64,000 bases of DNA from Chloroflexota bacterium (GCA_026707145.1 JAPOXK010000021.1:169588-233587); one strand, 5' to 3'. Positions 1 through 9,416 are shown, counted from the first letter of the stretch. Notes: generated by a model from the letters alone, not told the origin. Numbers and translations are program-made.

Positions 1-2
1 AT

Positions 3-806
3 ATGGAGATCGTGCAGGAGCGGCTCGAGCGCGAGTACGATATCGAGTTGGTTTTCACCGCCCCTTCCGTTGAGTACGAAATCCTCGCCAGCGACGGCTG
101 CGTCCACCGGATCGATAATCCGGCCGATCTGCCGGACCCCAGCCGCATCCATGAGGTGCGCGAGCCCTGGCTGCGCCTCAGCGTGATCACGCCCAACAGC
201 TACGTCGGCGCGGTGATGGAGCTAGTGATCGGTCGCCGGGGCCGCTTCGACAAGATGGAATACATCGATCGCGATGTCTCCGCCGTGGATGCCGGCCGCC
301 AACGCGTGCTTCTGGAGTTCGAGGCACCTCTGGCCGAGATCTTGGTCGACTTTTACGACGAGCTGAAGTCGGGGACGCAGGGCTACGCCAGCCTCGACTA
401 CGCTCTGATCGACTACCGCGCCGCCAAGCTCGTCAAGCTGGAGATCTTGGTCAACGGCGAGCCGGTCGATGCGCTTTCCAGCATCGTTCACCGCGCGCGC
501 GCCGATGCGAGCGGCCGGGCCTTGGTCCAGCGCTTGCGCTCCCTCATCCCCCGGCAGCTGTTCGATGTGCCGCTGCAGGCCGCCATCGGCGGCCGGGTCA
601 TCGCCCGCGAGACGGTCAAGGCGGCTCGCAAGAACGTGCTCTCGAAGTGCTACGGCGGCGACGTTACCCGCAAGCGCAAGCTGTTGGCGAAACAGGCCGA
701 GGGCAAACGGCGCATGAAGCGCGTCGGCAACGTGGAGATCCCGCAGGAGGCCTTCCTGTCCGTCTTGCGCTTGGGTGATTCGAAACCCCGCAACGCGCGG
801 ACCTAG
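3..806 (+). CDS. lepA: Elongation factor 4 (LepA), C-terminal fragment; the gene starts upstream of the window
   Basis: The translated ORF ends with the characteristic LepA C-terminus (…[32 protein letters not shown]). The ORF is open at the window edge. Confidence 0.9.
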   Translation: MEIVQERLEREYDIELVFTAPSVEYEILASDGCVHRIDNPADLPDPSRIHEVREPWLRLSVITPNSYVGAVMELVIGRRGRFDKMEYIDRDVSAVDAGRQRVLLEFEAPLAEILVDFYDELKSGTQGYASLDYALIDYRAAKLVKLEILVNGEPVDALSSIVHRARADASGRALVQRLRSLIPRQLFDVPLQAAIGGRVIARETVKAARKNVLSKCYGGDVTRKRKLLAKQAEGKRRMKRVGNVEIPQEAFLSVLRLGDSKPRNART

Positions 807-2353
807 CTTGGTGCTCTCTCTTCCGCTGCGACCGGCAGGGCCGTCTCGGTCGCGCCGTCGGAGCCATTGCCCTCGTTGGACCGGCCGGCGCTGGCCGCTT
901 GCGGGAGCGGCAGCGTTGGCTCCGCGGTCTCCGTCTCGGTTGCGACCTCCGGCTCTGCGGTCGCGCTCGCGGGCTCCTCGGGTACATTCTCCTCTTCCTT
1001 CTCCTCCTCCTCCGCTTCCTCTTCGATCACGACGAGCCCCTCTGCATCCAGAATGGTGCGGCGGATCGCCGCCAGGGTCTCCGCATCCGCCCCCTCCAAC
1101 GCATGTCTGACCAGTTGGAACAGCGCCTCGCCCGTGACGAGCGCGTAGCCGAAGTTGTCGCAGGCGTTGATCAGGGTCTGGGACAGCGCCTCGTCGCGAT
1201 CCTTGGGAGGCAGGAGTCGCTTACCGTTGACGACGATGATCCCCTTGCGCAGCACCCCAGTGCTGATGAACGCTGTTTCGATCCGACGCTGGAGCTGGAA
1301 GTAGCTCGATTCTTTGACCGTGTGCGACGATGCGTCCACCTCCAGCAGGGCGATCTCGTCGCCGTCGGCCAGCTCGACCGGATCCGTGAGTTCGGGTGTT
1401 ACCGTGAAGCCCAGCGCCCGGAACGCGTCCCGCACCAGCGGCTCGAAGGCGTATCGCCCTTCGCGCCACAGCAATCCTTGGTAGCGCGCAGCGTCGGCCA
1501 GTGTCGCGCGCACCTCTTGCAAACGGCTCTCCGCTTCCACGAAGGACTGCTCTGCCTGCTCAACCGTCTCCCGCAGTTTCCGCAGGTCCGGCAGGTCGTA
1601 TTCCTTGAGCCACGGCGGCGCCTTTTCCGTCACCGGACTCTCGATGCTGCGCAGCAGACTTTCCAACAGCGCCTCGGTCACATTTCGCCGCGCGGCGCCG
1701 CGCGGCTCGACGTGGGGCGGCGGGAGGAAGACGACCCGGCCCGCCAGCACGCGAAACTCCACGGCCACGGCCGCGCCGCCCTGGCTGCGCGCCAGCACCG
1801 TGCCCACGTGGTTGAAGTCGTTGATCGCGTTCACGTCCCACCAAGCTTGGAAACGCAGCCGTCCGGTGAGATCGTCGAGGTAGGCTGCGAAGGCGTGCGC
1901 GCGATCGAGTGGTACGAGCGTTCCGCCACCCGCACCGGCCAGCAGTTGCGGCGGGCGGTAGACGACCCCGGGCGGGGCCGGCAGGATCGTGTAGCGATCG
2001 GCGCCGGGAAGGGTCGAGACCGACGCATGCGGCACCGTGGGGTAGCCGAATACCGCTACCACCCCGCCCCCCTCCAGCAGCAGCAGCAGCTCCCGGCGGC
2101 GCTGCTCCAACAGCTCGCCGAGGCCGAAGTGGAAGGCGCCGCTGGCGCCGGGCAGCACCGGCGTGCCGCTCGGCGTCTGATAGATTCCGCCGCTGGTCGC
2201 GCCGGCTCCCGCTGCCAGCTCCTCGATCTGCCGCGAGACCACCGCTGGATCGATCACGCAGGCGTCGTATTCGAATAGCGCCGGCGCGTTCGCGATCGAG
2301 TGGTTATCCACTTGAGGATCGGGCAGGGAGAATCCAAGCGATACGATTCGCAT
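803..2353 (-). CDS. Uncharacterized 516-aa multi-domain protein: unknown N-terminal domain, coiled-coil, Mrr-cat-like restriction-endonuclease-fold C-terminal domain, poly-Glu acidic tail
   Basis: Long ORF with codon usage consistent with its neighbours. The C-terminal segment [20 protein letters not shown]…[19 protein letters not shown]…[11 protein letters not shown] resembles the Mrr catalytic-domain pattern (FExLV..LGY.V…DgGiD…vQcK). The central region [31 protein letters not shown] is predicted coiled-coil. The tail [12 protein letters not shown] is low-complexity. I recognised no match to a named family for the N-terminal domain. Confidence 0.6.
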   Translation of the reverse strand: MRIVSLGFSLPDPQVDNHSIANAPALFEYDACVIDPAVVSRQIEELAAGAGATSGGIYQTPSGTPVLPGASGAFHFGLGELLEQRRRELLLLLEGGGVVAVFGYPTVPHASVSTLPGADRYTILPAPPGVVYRPPQLLAGAGGGTLVPLDRAHAFAAYLDDLTGRLRFQAWWDVNAINDFNHVGTVLARSQGGAAVAVEFRVLAGRVVFLPPPHVEPRGAARRNVTEALLESLLRSIESPVTEKAPPWLKEYDLPDLRKLRETVEQAEQSFVEAESRLQEVRATLADAARYQGLLWREGRYAFEPLVRDAFRALGFTVTPELTDPVELADGDEIALLEVDASSHTVKESSYFQLQRRIETAFISTGVLRKGIIVVNGKRLLPPKDRDEALSQTLINACDNFGYALVTGEALFQLVRHALEGADAETLAAIRRTILDAEGLVVIEEEAEEEEKEEENVPEEPASATAEPEVATETETAEPTLPLPQAASAGRSNEGNGSDGATETALPVAAEERAPS

Positions 2354-2599
2354 TGCCGTTAAGCTCCCATTTCCATCCGCTCGCTGTGGTCCGCCCGAGG
2401 CCTAGGCCGAAAGCGACCATCTCGCGACTGTCTATCGTCCGTCTCCTGAGTTGATAAGTCTATAGGACCTCCGCTCTTTCCCCCGGTCCCAACGCGATCG
2501 TGTTTCCACCAGCGACCAGATGTCGGTTGATATAGACGCTTTGGGTAGCCTGCTTTTGTGGCGGTCGCATCATCCGGCCCCTTTTCCGATACGCTGATC

Positions 2600-2868
2600 A
2601 CGGTCGTGCTAGGCGGGGAGCTAGCGGTGCCCTGGACTCGCAATCCGCTTTAGCGAGGTCGAATTCCCGCCTGAGGGCGTCCACTGTGGGAACTGGCGCG
2701 GCTAAGCGGCGCTGAAGCTTGGGTCCCGTGCGGCGAGACGCTACGAACCCCGTCAGGTCCGAGAGGAAGCAGCGGTAAGTAGCAGCTTTCGGGTGCCACG
2801 GGAGTGCCTGGGCCGAGTTGGCTGGTCACGACAAGCCTGTGGCGGCGTTCGACGGCGGGTGCACGGCC
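2600..2868 (+). ncRNA. ffs: Signal recognition particle RNA, long (Bacillus-type, Alu-domain-containing) form
   Basis: Near-identity to the conserved SRP domain IV motif GUCAGGUCCG(A/G)GAGGAAGCAGC at ~2752-2775. The 5' Alu-domain block GUGCUAGGCGGGGAGCUAGCGGUGCCCUGGACUCGCAAUCCGCUUUAGCGAGGUCGAAUUCCC matches B. subtilis scRNA GUGCUAAGCGGGGAGGUAGCGGUGCCCUGUACCUGCAAUCCGCUCUAGCAGGGCCGAAUCCC. The 3' segment GGGUGCACGGCC can pair with the 5' GGUCGUGC. The ends are approximate (±10 nt). Confidence 0.85.
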
Positions 2869-2907
2869 ATTTTCACGAGCCTGGGCCGGTTCGATGGGGG
2901 AGCCGTT

Positions 2908-3834
2908 GTGCCAGCGACTGCACCGTTCAAGAGGGGAGAGCGAAGCAAAGGGCGGCGCAGGCGCGGCACGCAACGCAAGCGCGCAGCGCAGAGGTCCCGC
3001 AAGCCTCTTCTTGGGCAGCACTTTCTGCGCGATGCGGCCGTCATCGACCGCATCCTCGCCGCGCTCCCGGACGATGGCTTGCCGTTGATCGAGATCGGCG
3101 CCGGCGATGGGACGCTCACTGTGCCGCTGGCCCAGTTGGGCCGCCCTCTGGCTGCGGTCGAACTCGATGGCCGGCTTGCGCGCTCCACCGCCCGTGCGCT
3201 GGCTGTCTACCCCAACGCCCACATCGCACAGGGGGATATCCTCGATTTGCCTCCTATACGCCTCCTTGAGAGATTGGGCGCTGCTCCACCCTACGGACTC
3301 GTCGGTAATCTGCCCTACGCCATCACGGGGCCTATCTTCCGCCGCTTTCTTGCACAGTCCGAACATCGTCCGCGCTGGATGTTGGTCATGGTTCAGCATG
3401 AGGTGGCGCTGCAGGTCGTGGCGCCGCCCGGCAAGCGCTCCTTGCTCAGCCTGGCCGTTCAGCTCCATGCCGATCCACGTCTCCTCTTCCCCGTGGACCG
3501 TGCCGCGTTCGAGCCGCCGCCTCAAGTGCGATCGGCCGTGCTCTTCATCCCTCTCCGCGACGCCGTGCCGGTGACGCTCCCTTCCGAGGCTCGCTTCTTC
3601 GAGGTCGCACGGGCTGCTTTCCGCGCCCCGCGCAAACAGCTCCGCAACGCGCTTGCTCTGGGCTTCTCCATCCCCGCCGCTGCATCCGAAGCGTGGCTGC
3701 GCGCGAGCGGCGTCGATCCTCGGCGCCGTGCGGGCACGCTCACGCTTGACGAGTGGGCCGCGCTCGCCTGGGCGCGCGAGCGCGCCGGGGCACCGCCTCC
3801 GCCGCCTCTCGGTCCCGGCCTGGATCCATCGTGA
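2908..3834 (+). CDS. rsmA: 16S rRNA (adenine1518/1519-N6)-dimethyltransferase RsmA/KsgA
   Basis: Motifs KPLLGQHFL, IEIGAGDGTLT and GNLPYAI. The ORF track starts at 2818, but that extension overlaps the SRP RNA. The in-frame GTG at 2908 is proposed as the start; the exact start is uncertain. Confidence 0.85.
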   Translation: MPATAPFKRGERSKGRRRRGTQRKRAAQRSRKPLLGQHFLRDAAVIDRILAALPDDGLPLIEIGAGDGTLTVPLAQLGRPLAAVELDGRLARSTARALAVYPNAHIAQGDILDLPPIRLLERLGAAPPYGLVGNLPYAITGPIFRRFLAQSEHRPRWMLVMVQHEVALQVVAPPGKRSLLSLAVQLHADPRLLFPVDRAAFEPPPQVRSAVLFIPLRDAVPVTLPSEARFFEVARAAFRAPRKQLRNALALGFSIPAAASEAWLRASGVDPRRRAGTLTLDEWAALAWARERAGAPPPPPLGPGLDPS

Positions 3835-4745
3835 TCGCCGCTGCGCTTCGTACCGTTGCGCCGGCCAAGCTTAATCTCACCCTTGAGGTCCTCGGCCGCC
3901 GTGACGACGGTTTTCACGACCTCATCTCCGTCGTGCAGACGATCGATCTGTGCGATACGGTCACGATCGCGCCTGCCCCTCAACGCAGCCTGCGGTTCGA
4001 GATATCTGCCGCTCTGCAGCGTTCCCTGCCGCTGCCCGTCGAGGGCGAGCTTATTACCCGTACCTGGGACCTGTTGATCGAGCACTACGGCCCCGCCGCG
4101 ATCGATGACCGTGCTGCCGTGCACGTCGTCAAACGCATTCCGATTGCTGCCGGGCTTGGTGGAGGTTCCTCCGATGCCGCCGCCTTCCTGCGACTCGCCC
4201 GTGCCTTTTGGAAGCTACCCTTGAGCGACGCCGCCGCGATCGATCTGCTTGCCCAGGTCGGCTCCGATGCACCGCTTTTCCACGCGGCCGGCACCGTGCT
4301 GATGGAAGGGCGCGGTGAACGCCTCACTCCACTCCCCGATCAACCGACCGCTGCCTGGCGTGGCGTCCTCTGGACCCCCGAGTTGCCCTCCCCCGAGAGT
4401 AAGACCGCGACCATGTTCCGCGCGCTGCGGCCGTCGCATTTCGGCGGCGGCGATCGATCGTGCGCACTAGCCGCCCGCCTTCAGCAAGGCCTTCCGCCGC
4501 GCTCTGAGGACCTCGTCAACACCTTTGAACGGGTAGCCGATGAGGTTTTCATCGGTCTACGCGCCGCGCGCCGCCGCTTCGCTGCCGAGACTCGGTCACT
4601 GCCCCACCTAGCTGGTGCCGGACCATCGCTCTTCCTGCTCAACCCTCCCGATCACGGAGACGTTTCCTTCACGACCGTCGTGCGGCCGCTGCCGCGCGCG
4701 GCCTGTGCTGTCGAACCCGTGAGGCTGGTGTCCACCAATGCTTAA
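3831..4745 (+). CDS. ispE: 4-diphosphocytidyl-2-C-methyl-D-erythritol kinase (MEP pathway)
   Basis: N-terminus APAKLNLTLEVLGRRDDGFHDL and GHMP-kinase motif AAGLGGGSSDAAA. The GTG start overlaps the rsmA stop (GTGA), which suggests translational coupling. Confidence 0.85.
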   Translation: MIAAALRTVAPAKLNLTLEVLGRRDDGFHDLISVVQTIDLCDTVTIAPAPQRSLRFEISAALQRSLPLPVEGELITRTWDLLIEHYGPAAIDDRAAVHVVKRIPIAAGLGGGSSDAAAFLRLARAFWKLPLSDAAAIDLLAQVGSDAPLFHAAGTVLMEGRGERLTPLPDQPTAAWRGVLWTPELPSPESKTATMFRALRPSHFGGGDRSCALAARLQQGLPPRSEDLVNTFERVADEVFIGLRAARRRFAAETRSLPHLAGAGPSLFLLNPPDHGDVSFTTVVRPLPRAACAVEPVRLVSTNA

Positions 4746-4772
4746 GCGCCAGCTGACGTTGCGGGCTATCTA

Positions 4773-5183
4773 ATGGAGTCGTTGTTAGCTGGCTTCGTGG
4801 CGGGCTACGCGCTCGGTTTGCTGGCGCTCGTTCTCCTTGCCACAAGCCCGCGGACGCTCATCGACTGGAGCCGACGGTTGCAGGCCCAATTCCCGGATAA
4901 CGCCGCACTGCCCGCCGCCTTTGCCGGCGTTGCGCTCGTCGCGCAGACGGGCTGGGGGGTCCTCGGTCTGGTCTTCGGCGCCGTCTATTGGGCGCTGCGC
5001 GATACTGGCGGCGGCCTCGGCAGCCCCAGTCTCGCTTTCACGATCGCCGTTCTCGTGCTCGCGGCGGGTGGCGCCGTCGCGGCCTGGGTTGTGCAGCCTG
5101 CTTGGACGCGCCGCGCCCTCGTCTCCGCGATCTCCTTCGCCGCGATCATCGGCTGGTTTCTGCCCCATCTCGCAGAGGCGTGA
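4773..5183 (+). CDS. Hypothetical integral membrane protein (about 4 predicted TM helices)
   Basis: 136-aa ORF with hydrophobic stretches (GYALGLLALVLLA, AAFAGVALVAQTGWGVLGLVFGAVYWAL, AFTIAVLVLAAGGAVAAWVV). I recognised no family match. Confidence 0.5.
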   Translation: MESLLAGFVAGYALGLLALVLLATSPRTLIDWSRRLQAQFPDNAALPAAFAGVALVAQTGWGVLGLVFGAVYWALRDTGGGLGSPSLAFTIAVLVLAAGGAVAAWVVQPAWTRRALVSAISFAAIIGWFLPHLAEA

Positions 5184-5248
5184 CTGTGTGCCCGCGCGCG
5201 CTACGCTGATCGCGCGCGCCATTCGTTCGCGTCTAGGCAGGGGAAAGT

Positions 5249-8158
5249 GTGGCCACCCGCGCTCCCGCTTCCGCAGTACCGAAGCTTGTGGACTTTGTCG
5301 CACTCGATGTCGAGACTACCGGACTCGACCCGAGCCGCGACCGCATCATTGAGATCGGGGCCATTCGCTTCACTTTCGAGGGAGTTGCCGGGACCTACGA
5401 GACGCTCGTCGACCCGGGCGTTCCCCTGCCGGAAGCCGTGGTCCGCATCACCGGCATCGCTCCGGCGCTGCTCCGTGGCGCCCCCTCCTTCAATGCAGTC
5501 CGCCTCGACATTGAGGACTTCCTTGGCGACGCTGCCATCGTCGGCCACAACATCGCTTTCGACTTGGAGTTCCTCGCTCGTGCCGGAATCGAGCCGCCTG
5601 GCCTTGCGCTTGACACCTTCGAATTCTCGGCGCTTCTCGCCCCCAGCGAGCGCACGCACAACCTGGAAGCAGTGGCAGCGCGTCTCGGCGTTGGAGCGAG
5701 CACCTACCATCGCGCCCTCGCCGACGCCGAGACGAGCCGTCGTGTCTTCCTGGCGCTGGTTCGGCAGGCTCGCGCGCTGCCTCCGGATCTGCTGAGCGAT
5801 CTCATCGCGCTTGGCGCCGGCGCCGACTGGCCGCTGGCGCAGCTTCTGCGCTCCCTCTCCGCTGTGTCTTCCCTTGGCGGCCCGCCGACTCCGCCAAGAC
5901 GCCGTCCGGCGACCCCCGTTCCCCGTGAGGGCGAGGAGGCGTCGCCCTCACCGGCGGCGCCTTCGCCGAGTTGGGAAGGGCCACCCCCCAGCCTGGAGGG
6001 AGACGCTGGCGCCTCCCCCTCTCCGGAAGAGCAGATCGCGCTGGCGCTCGACACACTCGCCTTCGGCACGGCGCACCCCGAGATCTTCGGCAGCTTCGAG
6101 CAGCGCCCGGAGCAGGTCGGCATGACCCGCGCCGTCGCTACCGCACTCGCCCAGAGCCGCCATCTCGTGGTCGAGGCTGGCACCGGTACGGGCAAAACCC
6201 TCGCCTATCTCGTCCCTGCCGCGCTCCAAGCGCTGCGCGACGGCCAACGGGTGATCGTCAGCACCAACACGATCAACCTCCAAGAGCAAGTGCTGCGCAA
6301 AGACGTTCCTGCCTTGCAAATCCTGATCGCCGATGCGATCGGCGGCGAGGCCGCTGCGCAACTGCGCGTCACCGAACTCAAGGGTCGTCGCAACTACCTC
6401 TGTCGCCGGCGCGTCGCGACGGAGCGTCTCGCCGACGCCAATTCCATAGCGGATGCGGGCCTCCTCGCTCGCCTCAGCGTCTGGCTGCGCAATACCGAAA
6501 CGGGCGATCGCGCCGATCTGCGCCTGCTCCCCGGTGAAGATGCGATCTGGAACCGCTTCAGCGCGGAGAGCGAGGATTGCCTCTCCGACCCCAGCTGCAC
6601 CTTCGTGCGCAACGGCACCTGCTTCCTGCAGCGCGCGCGCAAGCGCGCGGAAGCCGCGCACGTCGTCGTTGTCAATCACGCCTTGCTGCTCAGCGATCTC
6701 GCTGCAGGCGGCAGTGCCCTTCCCGCCGCCGACACCGTCGTGGTCGACGAAGCACACCACTTGGAGGACGCCGCCACCCAGCACATGGGTGTGCGCTTTG
6801 GCCCTGAGTCCTTCCGAGAGCCGCTCGATCGGATCCAGCGCCCCGGTCCTCGCGGCGCCCCCGTAGGGCTTGTGCCCCTGATCGTGCGCAGGCTCGGCGC
6901 GGCTGAAGCTGGGGCCGGCGCTCCTGCCGGTGCGGCTGCTGTCGCAGCCTCCCTTCCTGCTCTCGCCGCACGCGTAGACGAAGCCCTTGATGCGCTCGCC
7001 GAGCTCCTCCGTCGCTTCGCCGCCGATCAAGCGGACGACGCTTTTGGACAAGAGCGGCGCCTGCGTCTCACCTCCGGCCGCCGCGTCCAGCCAGCCTGGA
7101 GCGAGATCGAGATCCAATGGGAGGTTGCCTGGGACGCGCTCCGTGCGCTCGACGCGCGTCTCGAGGCGCTGCACGATGCGCTGGTGCAGGCCGCTCTCGG
7201 CGCATCCGAACTCGAGGCACTCGCGGCCGATGTTGAGCAGTTGCGCGCGCTGCTTCTCGAGCGCGCGGAAGTGGCCGGCCGCCTCCTTACGCAAACCGAC
7301 GATGCCATGATTGTCTGGCTGACCGCTTCCGAGCGCACTGGCGCCGTCTCGCTTGCTGCCGCCCCTCTGCGCGTGGCTGAGCGTCTTGCCGAAGAGTTCT
7401 TCGGCCGCAAGCGCTCGGTCGTTCTCACGGGTGCGACGCTCTGCACCGAAGGCCGCTTTGACTATCTCCGGGGCCTCGTCGGCTTGGACGACGCCGACGA
7501 GGCCTGCTTCGGATCCCCGTTCGACTACCGCCGCGCCGTTCGGCTCTTGCTTCCCACCGACTTCCCTGCTCCGAACGAGCCTGGCTTCCAGGACGCATTC
7601 AGCGAGGCGCTGATCGACCTCGTCCTCGCGAGTGAGGGACGTGCTCTGGTCCTCTTTACTTCGCACGGTACCCTTCGCCGGACCGCCAAGGGCGTGCGCG
7701 GTCCGCTCGCCGAAGCGGGGATTCTCACCCTCGCACAGGGGGTTGATGGCTCTCCCGCGCGCCTCGTCGCCGAGCTGCAGCGCAACCCCCGCGCGCTCCT
7801 GCTCGGCAGCGCGGCCCTCTGGGAAGGCGTCGACCTCCCCGGCGACGTGGTTTCGCTCGTCGCCATCGCCCGGCTCCCCTTCACGGTTCCCAACGATCCG
7901 GTCTTCGCAGCCCGGGCCGAACTCTACGAGGACTCTTTCCGCGAGTACGCTCTCCCCCAGGCCATCGTGCGCTTTCGCCAAGGCTTCGGCCGCTTGATTC
8001 GACGCCGCGGCGACCGCGGCGTCATCGCCGTGCTGGATGGGCGCATCACGAGCAGGCGCTATGGCGAGCGCTTCCTGCGGTCGCTTCCATCCACAGATCA
8101 GCGCCGCGTCCAGGCCGCTGAGTTTGGTGCCCTCACCGCGGAGTGGCTGAACCGATGA
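5249..8158 (+). CDS. dinG: DinG-family ATP-dependent helicase with N-terminal DnaQ-like 3'-5' exonuclease domain
   Basis: N-terminal DEDDh exonuclease motif VALDVETTGLDP…GHNIAFDLEFL…YHRALADAE. A Rad3/DinG helicase core follows (VVEAGTGTGKTLAYLVPA, DEAHHLED, C-terminal motifs LWEGVDLPGD, VIAVLDGR). Total length 969 aa. Confidence 0.9.
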   Translation: MATRAPASAVPKLVDFVALDVETTGLDPSRDRIIEIGAIRFTFEGVAGTYETLVDPGVPLPEAVVRITGIAPALLRGAPSFNAVRLDIEDFLGDAAIVGHNIAFDLEFLARAGIEPPGLALDTFEFSALLAPSERTHNLEAVAARLGVGASTYHRALADAETSRRVFLALVRQARALPPDLLSDLIALGAGADWPLAQLLRSLSAVSSLGGPPTPPRRRPATPVPREGEEASPSPAAPSPSWEGPPPSLEGDAGASPSPEEQIALALDTLAFGTAHPEIFGSFEQRPEQVGMTRAVATALAQSRHLVVEAGTGTGKTLAYLVPAALQALRDGQRVIVSTNTINLQEQVLRKDVPALQILIADAIGGEAAAQLRVTELKGRRNYLCRRRVATERLADANSIADAGLLARLSVWLRNTETGDRADLRLLPGEDAIWNRFSAESEDCLSDPSCTFVRNGTCFLQRARKRAEAAHVVVVNHALLLSDLAAGGSALPAADTVVVDEAHHLEDAATQHMGVRFGPESFREPLDRIQRPGPRGAPVGLVPLIVRRLGAAEAGAGAPAGAAAVAASLPALAARVDEALDALAELLRRFAADQADDAFGQERRLRLTSGRRVQPAWSEIEIQWEVAWDALRALDARLEALHDALVQAALGASELEALAADVEQLRALLLERAEVAGRLLTQTDDAMIVWLTASERTGAVSLAAAPLRVAERLAEEFFGRKRSVVLTGATLCTEGRFDYLRGLVGLDDADEACFGSPFDYRRAVRLLLPTDFPAPNEPGFQDAFSEALIDLVLASEGRALVLFTSHGTLRRTAKGVRGPLAEAGILTLAQGVDGSPARLVAELQRNPRALLLGSAALWEGVDLPGDVVSLVAIARLPFTVPNDPVFAARAELYEDSFREYALPQAIVRFRQGFGRLIRRRGDRGVIAVLDGRITSRRYGERFLRSLPSTDQRRVQAAEFGALTAEWLNR

Positions 8159-8676
8159 TTAGCAAAGGGGAGGGACGATGGCCGCGCCAGCTGCGCTCCA
8201 AGCGCCTGCGCCTGCGTGCGATCATCCCTGCCGACCTGACCGACGAGCCGCCGGAATGGCTTGCCGCGGCCGAGGAGGAGATCTTGGGTAGAGAGCATCC
8301 CGTGGCTCTCCACGCCCAGGTGCAAGAGGACGCTGCCGCGTACTGGATCGACCTCCGCCCTCCCGGCGGCCCCTGTACCGTGGGCGCACTCAGCGCGCGA
8401 CTCACACAAGGCGACCTCGTCTGGGGTTGGCTCGCCGTCGCCCCCGCTTGGCGCGCGCGCGGCCTCGCCGCCGCCTCGGCGGCGCTGGTCGAACGCGCTG
8501 CCGTCCGCGCGGGAGCCGGGCGCGCGCGCGTGCGGGTATCCGCCGCCAACGGCGTTGCACTCTACTTTTGGTTGCGCCTCGGCTATCGTCCGCTTCCGCC
8601 CTCGCTCCCCGGCATTGCCCTGAGTCGTGATGGCGACGATCGCGGAGGCACGTGGATGCTTCGCGAACTCTCGTAA
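8155..8676 (+). CDS. GNAT-family N-acetyltransferase
   Basis: Acetyl-CoA binding motif WLAVAPAWRARGLAAA and the downstream ALYFWLRLGYRP. The start overlaps the dinG stop (ATGA). Confidence 0.6.
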   Translation: MISKGEGRWPRQLRSKRLRLRAIIPADLTDEPPEWLAAAEEEILGREHPVALHAQVQEDAAAYWIDLRPPGGPCTVGALSARLTQGDLVWGWLAVAPAWRARGLAAASAALVERAAVRAGAGRARVRVSAANGVALYFWLRLGYRPLPPSLPGIALSRDGDDRGGTWMLRELS

Positions 8677-8685
8677 ACGAAGGTC

Positions 8686-8976
8686 TTAGAGAACGCGCTC
8701 CCGCAGCAGCCGGTCCCGCTCCTCCTGCGCGCGTTGCCGGTCCAGCTCTGCCTGCCGCTGGCGGCGCCGGATCAGATCTTGCCGCACGAGCCGGGCGAGC
8801 CCAGCGCCCGTTCCCACCGCTCCCGCGATCAGCGCCCCGGCGCTCACGGTCTCCGTGAACGAGAGCGTTCCGCCCAGCCACAACCCGGCGAAGAAAGCGG
8901 TGAACACGCCAACGGTGGGGAGCCACCACGCGCGCCGCCCTCCCCGCGCCGTCGGCCGCGCCGCCTGCTCCTTCAT
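8686..8976 (-). CDS. Hypothetical small membrane protein with basic coiled-coil C-terminus
   Basis: An internal Met begins MKEQAARP… followed by one TM segment (WWLPTVGVFTAFFAGLWLGG) and an Arg/Gln-rich tail. No family recognised. This could be a spurious high-GC ORF. Confidence 0.3.
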   Translation of the reverse strand: MKEQAARPTARGGRRAWWLPTVGVFTAFFAGLWLGGTLSFTETVSAGALIAGAVGTGAGLARLVRQDLIRRRQRQAELDRQRAQEERDRLLRERVL

Positions 8977-9058
8977 GGGATCAGTGGTGGAGTCTACGGC
9001 GCGCTGTCGCGCTGCCGCTGGACGGTGTCGGCGCCGGCGACGCTGACGCGGCACGGCG

Positions 9059-9388
9059 CTATTCGATCTTGCGCCGCACGATGTCGCGCGCGCTCCCTGA
9101 TTGCCTGCGTGCGCGCCCCGGCCGGTGAGGCTCGTTCGCAACCTCACCGCTTGATGCGGATTCGTCGCTCAGCTGGGCGAGGCAGGGCTGGCAGCCGAAC
9201 TCCAATGCCATCGTGGAGTCGTTGATCCAGACGGTGCCGCAATCCTTGCCGATTGCGCCGCCTTCATCGCCGCCGGAGGTGTTCGTCAGCACCAGATGAA
9301 AGCGTTGACCGCATTGCGAGCAATACGCCGAGTTGGAGTCGTCCGATTCCTCCACGCAGACGTGGCAGTGTTCGCTCGTGCCGGTCAT
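9059..9388 (-). CDS. Hypothetical small zinc-ribbon protein
   Basis: Starts MTGTSEHCHVCVEESDD…YCSQCGQRFH…CGTVW…CQPC, with paired CxxC motifs. GGAG lies 4 nt upstream of the ATG. Sits 3' of cca on the same strand. Confidence 0.45.
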   Translation of the reverse strand: MTGTSEHCHVCVEESDDSNSAYCSQCGQRFHLVLTNTSGGDEGGAIGKDCGTVWINDSTMALEFGCQPCLAQLSDESASSGEVANEPHRPGRARRQSGSARDIVRRKIE

Positions 9389-9416
9389 CGTCTCCGCCTT
9401 CCCGTGCGTCCCGATT

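Noticed and set aside
899-2278. 459-aa plus-strand ORF
   Set aside because: It lies antisense and fully inside the 803-2353 minus-strand gene. It is Arg/Leu/Gln-rich with no motifs, a typical high-GC shadow ORF.
2818-2907. N-terminal extension of the rsmA ORF as given in the track
   Set aside because: It would be translated through the 3' part of the SRP RNA gene. The conserved RsmA sequence begins well downstream, so an internal GTG is the more plausible start.
5948-7981. 677-aa minus-strand ORF
   Set aside because: Antisense to dinG, whose helicase motifs are unambiguous. Gly/Ala/Arg-rich composition without domains.
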